From assembly GCA_964651475.1 (NCBI GenBank), contig CAZYXV010000012.1, positions 64,001 to 124,208 of the forward strand: 60,208 bases of DNA, given 5' to 3'. The notes beneath the pieces were generated by a model. That model did not search any database. It saw only the letters and a list, made by a program, of their open reading frames with translations, and was not told where the DNA came from. The DNA comes from an uncultured Anaerolineae bacterium. Lineage in GTDB: Bacteria; Chloroflexota; Anaerolineae; Fen-1058. The translations under genes were made by a program, and so were the position numbers. This document shows, in pieces, positions 56,058-60,208 of the stretch. Within the stretch, counting starts at the first letter, position 1. Each line of letters starts with the position of its first letter.

Positions 56058-57398
56058 ATGTCATCTCCAGCTTTTGTTCCCTCCCCTGATGTGAGCGCCA
56101 TCCTCCACGCGCTGCTGGATATTTGCGAGCGGCGCAATTTGCCTTCATTCCTTCGGCTTCGCTCCCTGGCCTGCCGTCCAGGGCAGGCAGGCCAGGCCTC
56201 GTCCCTTCCAGGTGTGGGAGAGGGAAAAGTAATGTACCGAACGATTCGCTGTGACGTGCAGGCCATGACGTTGCCTGGCTATCACAGCCAGGTTGATCCC
56301 AATCCGCGCCAGGTCGCCAACGAGCAGTTGACGGCGTTGGAACAGCAAGGCTATGTGCGTTTGATTTGGCTGCCGGGCCAGGAAAACCACTTGCTTGCTT
56401 CCATTTTGCTCGCGCCTGAATGCGCTGACGAACTATTCGCCTGGCTGAACCGCACACCCCTTGCCGCGCAACGAGCCTCTCTGCGCGACGTGCTGCTCGG
56501 CGAACGCTTTCGTTTTAAAGATTGGCGCTTGCGCGCAGTGGAGCACACGCTGGCCCAATTGCGCGAAGGCAAATCGCCCGCGCCATTCAGCCTGACCGAT
56601 CAAGATTTCAACCGCGACGTGTTGACGGCGCTGCGCGCATTGAGCGAGGTGCGCGAAGAAACGCCTTATCGGGTTTTTAGCGTGCGCGTGTTCAATGACA
56701 GCAAGCGCTTCGAGTTGCTCAAAGGCGCGCTGGTCACATTGGCGCGGCGCCATCAAGCCGAGTGGACCGACCTGTCCGATGGCGAGTTGTTGCGCGAAGT
56801 GGGCCTGGTGGCAAATCCGAACCACCTGTATTTGTACGGCCCCTGGCGCTTGGTGGATGAGAGCGGTCAGGTTCTTTCGCTGGGCGAATTTTATCCGTCG
56901 GTTGGTGTGCCGGCGGCGCAGGCTGCGCGCGTACAGCATGTGGATGTTGCCGCTGCTTCCCGCGTGGTGTGCGTGGAAAATCAGACGACGTTTTACGAAT
57001 TGGTGCGCCGCGAAAGCGAGGGATTGGCGGCGCTGTGCTTGTGGGGCAATCCGTCCCCGGCTTGCCGGCACTTGTTGCGCTGCCTGATCCAGACTTGCCC
57101 GGAGCATGTACCCTTGTTGGTGTGGGCCGACCTGGATTACGGCGGGCTAAACATCCTGGCGCAACTGCGCAAAATCAGCCCGCGCTTCCAGCCATACCGC
57201 ATGGACATTCCCACGCTCGACGCACACGCGTTGTGGGGCAAGCCGCTCACCCGCGCCGACGAGAAAAATCTGACGCGCCTGGCGCAGCATCCGTTGCTGG
57301 CCGATATGCGCCCGGTTATCGAGCACATGCTGGCAAGGGGAATCAAGTTGGAACAGGAAGGGATTCCGGCGGCGGGCCAGGTTCCGCTAGCGAGATAA
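56058..57398 (+). CDS. jetD: Wadjet system protein JetD (MksG-like; DUF2220/Toprim topoisomerase-VI-like nuclease)
   Basis: 446 aa from the ATG 26 nt after the jetC stop; an alternative ATG lies at about 56232. C-terminal Toprim-like motifs VCVENQTTFYEL (E) and LLVWADLDYGGLNIL (DxD). Confidence 0.8.
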   Translation: MSSPAFVPSPDVSAILHALLDICERRNLPSFLRLRSLACRPGQAGQASSLPGVGEGKVMYRTIRCDVQAMTLPGYHSQVDPNPRQVANEQLTALEQQGYVRLIWLPGQENHLLASILLAPECADELFAWLNRTPLAAQRASLRDVLLGERFRFKDWRLRAVEHTLAQLREGKSPAPFSLTDQDFNRDVLTALRALSEVREETPYRVFSVRVFNDSKRFELLKGALVTLARRHQAEWTDLSDGELLREVGLVANPNHLYLYGPWRLVDESGQVLSLGEFYPSVGVPAAQAARVQHVDVAAASRVVCVENQTTFYELVRRESEGLAALCLWGNPSPACRHLLRCLIQTCPEHVPLLVWADLDYGGLNILAQLRKISPRFQPYRMDIPTLDAHALWGKPLTRADEKNLTRLAQHPLLADMRPVIEHMLARGIKLEQEGIPAAGQVPLAR

Positions 57399-57572
57399 CG
57401 GTTCCCCGGGCCTGACCCGGCCGGGGCCAGCCAACAGGGCCGCTATGGACTGACAGACTCAGTAGATCCATTTTGGGGTTTGTAGTAACAGCTTTAGCCG
57501 GCGAAAGAATCGCTAAAGCGGTTACTGCGAACGAGATTCTGCATCTGCTGAGACTTTAGAAAGGAGAAACCA

Positions 57573-58076
57573 ATGTCAGACTCGATCCTGATTGCTTATG
57601 CGACACGTTATGGTTCCACGCAAGAGGTCGCCGAAAAGGTCGCGGCGACGCTGCGGGAAGGCGGCCTGTCGGTGGATGTGCAACCCGTCAAACAAGTGCG
57701 GACGTTGGACGGCTACCGCGCGGTGGTGGTGGGCGCGCCGTTGTATATGTTCGATTGGCTCAAAGAGGCGCGCGACTTTATATCACGGCACCGCGCGGCC
57801 CTGGCGACGCGGCCCGTGGCGGTTTTCGCCCTCGGCCCGACCGAGGACAAGCAGGAAGACTGGACGGAAACACGGAAGCAACTCGACAAGGTGCTGTCCA
57901 AATTCCCCTGGTTGTCTCCGGTCGCCGTGGAGTTGTTTGGCGGCAAGTTCGACCCGACCCGGTTGACCTTTCCCTACAACCTGGTTCCGGGCCTTAAACG
58001 GATGCCCGTAAACGACATCCGCGATTGGGACGCCATTCGCGCCTGGGCCAACAGTTTGCCCGAAAAGCTCGCCTGA
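57573..58076 (+). CDS. Flavodoxin-like domain protein
   Basis: 167 aa. ILIAYATRYGSTQEVAEKVAATL flavodoxin N-terminal signature, AVVVGAPLYMFDW. AAAGGAGAAACC RBS. Confidence 0.65.
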   Translation: MSDSILIAYATRYGSTQEVAEKVAATLREGGLSVDVQPVKQVRTLDGYRAVVVGAPLYMFDWLKEARDFISRHRAALATRPVAVFALGPTEDKQEDWTETRKQLDKVLSKFPWLSPVAVELFGGKFDPTRLTFPYNLVPGLKRMPVNDIRDWDAIRAWANSLPEKLA

Positions 58077-58340
58077 GACATGTTGGCGCGCCGCTCCGGC
58101 ATTTCGAGCCGCCGCTTGCCGGCGACCTCGATTTGGCCGCGCCCTGCGTGCCCACCGGCGTGACGCCCATCAGCACGTACCCGCTCACATTCACCCGCAC
58201 CCCATGGTGAGTGTAAGCCGCGTTGAGGAGGGTAGCCGGCGCGTCGCTGGCCGTGAAGCACATCCCCAGCACCGTCCCGCCCCCTGAGTTGTTGAACCCC
58301 GCCAGGCATATCGGCAACATCACCAACGCGCCCCGCAAAA

Positions 58341-58463
58341 AAGCCCAACACGAATTTGCTCACGGATGGCACGGATGACACGGATTAGGGGGCGCGCCTT
58401 TCCATGTGTCCGTGCCACGCGCAACGTCCGTGTTGGGCTGCTGCATTGCTCTCAGTGGGTCAG
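58341..58463. repeat. Copy A of a roughly 120-nt structured repeat (three CATCCGTG units)
   Basis: AAGCCCAACACGAATTTGCTCACGGATGGCACGGATGACACGGAT...GTCCGTGTTGGGCT...CTCAGTGGG. GCCCAACACG pairs with CGTGTTGGGC. Homologous to copy B at 60022-60140. Confidence 0.5.
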
Positions 58464-58536
58464 TAGCTCATTCTCACTTACCGGGAAGAGGCAACAAATA
58501 AGAGCCTTATTTGAATATTTGAGACTAACCAAAAGG

Positions 58537-58761
58537 CTATTTTTTCTCCATCTGGAGCAATGTCATAAGACTCAAAATATTCACCAACAGAAATCCTATA
58601 TCTAACATGATCAAACTTACAATGCTGCGCCGTTTAGTTTCAGTTATAGCCTCACTATTTTGTTGAGCATGGTTGATTTTCCATAGGCTTAGAGCGCCAT
58701 AACAAAGAGAAGCAAGATTTATGATCCATGCTGTCAAGAGCAATATCCAAAAGAGGGTCAC
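58537..58761 (-). CDS. Small two-TM membrane protein; candidate immunity protein for the upstream Rhs toxin domain
   Basis: 74 aa. MTLFWILLLTAWIINLASLCYGALSLW...IVSLIMLDIGFLLVNILSLMTLL. Very low GC. Starts 58 nt downstream of the Rhs CT stop, on the same strand. Confidence 0.4.
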   Translation of the reverse strand: MTLFWILLLTAWIINLASLCYGALSLWKINHAQQNSEAITETKRRSIVSLIMLDIGFLLVNILSLMTLLQMEKK

Positions 58762-58819
58762 TTTGTGTCTCCGTACATTTATTTATAATTGGCCAGGTCT
58801 TTTCAAACTTGAAATAGAC

Positions 58820-59977
58820 TTATCGGGAAATAAGTGGCATAAAGACATTGTGACTACCTGTTGTATCCCGATGAATCAAGCCATCCAGTTCTGACCATGT
58901 CCAGAAAGCCTCCGCGGCAAGACTGCCCACAGGCCCCACACGGACTTGTGTCCGGGTAGTTGTACCCTCTGATGTTTCCACTGTTAATCGGTCCATAAGT
59001 ATATTAGTTTCCCAAGTTACACTACCACCATTTCCCATAGGATCGTTGGCGTGCAAATCCGCCAAAGCATTCCGTAAGTTTGACTGGTCATATGATGTAG
59101 CCGCCACATCGACGCCAAATGCAATCCCGGCTGGTCCGGCAGCAGCAGGTAGTGTCAGCCCAAGTGCTTGTAATACGGTTATGGCAGACTTGCCAAATAC
59201 CGTTGTCAGTATCGCCATTACGAGCCCTCCTTTGCTAGTTTGGTCTAAGGAGCCAATAAGTCTTTGAGCATCTTGAGGGGAAAGTTGCCGTTTGTAGACT
59301 GTAACCATTGGCACGGTATCTATCTCTTGCTGGATGTCGACCTTGCCTCCATTCATTCCCTTTCGGGCAAAATAGTCCGCCCAGCTTTCGTCGGTACTTT
59401 TGTCTCCCCAATCAACGTGACCTTCAATCCCGCAACTGCCGCCAGCGGTTTCGCCACACTCGCTCGCATGGCCTGTGGGGTCAACATATTTGACAGGATT
59501 ATTCAGGGCATAAGCATACCTGTTCAGCGATTGCGGGTTCCCCGGACTTGGGACAATCGTATCCGCGCTGAGGAACCGTCCCACGCGGGGCGAGTACATT
59601 CTTGCCCCATAGTCGTACAACGAGCCAAGCCCGGCCTCTGATCTCTGGCCTGTATACCGCAAGTCGGTTGGTAGAGAGCCGCTGGCCCACCTCGACTCGC
59701 CCCAGGGGGTGTACAGTTGCCGCGAGTGCTCCACCCCGCTGGAGGTAGCGGCTACGCTGGTGCTGCCCAGGTGATCCCCCAGTAAAAAGCCTGCCCTGGG
59801 CTGCGCCCAGCGCAGGCCAGGGTATACCACATTTGCAGTGGGGGTTTGCGTGCGCACGGCCACGCGCGTGCTGCCTGCGTAATAGTAGCTGCGCCAGGTG
59901 ATGCCATTGGGCGGCGTGACCGCCGCGGCTGGCGCGGCATTGCCGGAGCGGGGCTGCTCGCGCACAGGGGCGGTCAC
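58820..59977 (-). CDS. Orphan Rhs/YD-repeat protein C-terminal module: core end plus polymorphic toxin C-terminal domain
   Basis: Rhs core terminus ...YTPWGESRW...DLRYTGQRSEAGLGSLYDYGARMYSPRVGRFLSADTIVPSPGNPQSLNRYAYALNNPVKYVDPTGH, then about 215 aa of unrecognised low-GC C-terminal domain. No ATG start: the frame opens at a stop at about 60005 and begins GTG/Val directly after repeat copy B. Confidence 0.7.
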   Translation of the reverse strand: MTAPVREQPRSGNAAPAAAVTPPNGITWRSYYYAGSTRVAVRTQTPTANVVYPGLRWAQPRAGFLLGDHLGSTSVAATSSGVEHSRQLYTPWGESRWASGSLPTDLRYTGQRSEAGLGSLYDYGARMYSPRVGRFLSADTIVPSPGNPQSLNRYAYALNNPVKYVDPTGHASECGETAGGSCGIEGHVDWGDKSTDESWADYFARKGMNGGKVDIQQEIDTVPMVTVYKRQLSPQDAQRLIGSLDQTSKGGLVMAILTTVFGKSAITVLQALGLTLPAAAGPAGIAFGVDVAATSYDQSNLRNALADLHANDPMGNGGSVTWETNILMDRLTVETSEGTTTRTQVRVGPVGSLAAEAFWTWSELDGLIHRDTTGSHNVFMPLISR

Positions 59978-60021
59978 GGCTTGTGAGTGATGGGGTGACT
60001 TGCGTCACACGCCTGCCAGAG

Positions 60022-60140
60022 AAGCCCAACACGGATTTGCTCACGGATGACACGGATTGAAGCGCGCCCGTCCGTGTAATCGTGTCCGCGTGTACTAACG
60101 TGCATAACCGTATTGGGCTAGAGGGTTGCCCTCAGTGGCG
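60022..60140. repeat. Copy B of the roughly 120-nt structured repeat (two CATCCGTG units)
   Basis: AAGCCCAACACGGATTTGCTCACGGATGACACGGATTGAAGCGCGCC...CCGTATTGGGCTAGAGGGTTGCCCTCAGTGGCG. The outer stem is preserved with a C:G to U:G change relative to copy A. Confidence 0.5.
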
Positions 60141-60208
60141 TTAGCGTCTTCAGCTTTCTCTACCGTACATTTTATACTTGAGGGCAGCGTTGGGTCCGGG
60201 GTAGCGTA

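Noticed and set aside
55581-57398. 605-aa ORF overlapping the last 450 nt of jetC and running into jetD
   Set aside because: The N-terminal 160 aa are out-of-frame junk overlapping jetC. The real jetD start is the ATG at about 56058, with an alternative at about 56232, just after the jetC stop.
57485-57525. 14-bp imperfect inverted repeat (GTAACAGCTTTAGC / GCTAAAGCGGTTAC) upstream of the flavodoxin gene
   Set aside because: No U-tract, no recognisable riboswitch architecture, and a single copy. It is noted only as a possible operator.
1-60208. Search for CRISPR arrays, rRNA or tRNA genes, and IS/transposase or integrase genes
   Set aside because: No regularly spaced direct repeats, no tRNA-like cloverleaf segments, and no transposase-like or recombinase-like ORFs were noticed. 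The only mobile-like signals are the repeat elements and the low-GC rhs module reported above.

Overview
This 60.2 kb window is a high-GC (about 60%) bacterial chromosomal segment, densely coded on both strands. Its features fit a Terrabacteria/Chloroflexota-like organism: PASTA Ser/Thr kinase, PrkA-YeaH-SpoVR triad, glmS ribozyme, Pro/Thr-rich lipoprotein linkers. I cannot assign taxonomy from sequence alone.

Housekeeping genes present: a fadD-like acyl-CoA ligase (5' partial), ftsH, a PASTA Ser/Thr kinase, two tandem histidine/aromatic ammonia-lyase paralogs, the PrkA-YeaH-SpoVR stress module next to an ECF sigma / zinc anti-sigma pair, a GabT-like aminotransferase, a PAP2 phosphatase, an alkaline-phosphatase-family enzyme, ROK glucokinase, DegV, mutL-mutS, a PatB/MalY C-S lyase, several sensor kinases, glmS with its ribozyme leader, two plsC paralogs, cmk and rluB.

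Accessory content:
1. A complete Wadjet (JetABCD) SMC-like anti-plasmid system preceded by an XRE-family regulator with a near-consensus promoter (50.27-57.4 kb).
2. An orphan Rhs C-terminal toxin plus putative immunity module in a low-GC patch, bracketed by two copies of a roughly 120-nt structured repeat carrying a variable number of CATCCGTG units (58.3-60.1 kb).
3. An orphan DUF692 (MbnB/TglH-like) enzyme gene following DegV.
4. An orphan HicB antitoxin with a truncated HicA remnant.
5. A nested inverted-repeat, MITE-like element (38.15-38.28 kb).
6. In-frame heptanucleotide tandem repeats inside a radical-SAM/PDZ/DUF512 gene.

No rRNA, tRNA or CRISPR arrays were seen. All non-CDS coordinates are hand-indexed and may be off by 1-3 nt.
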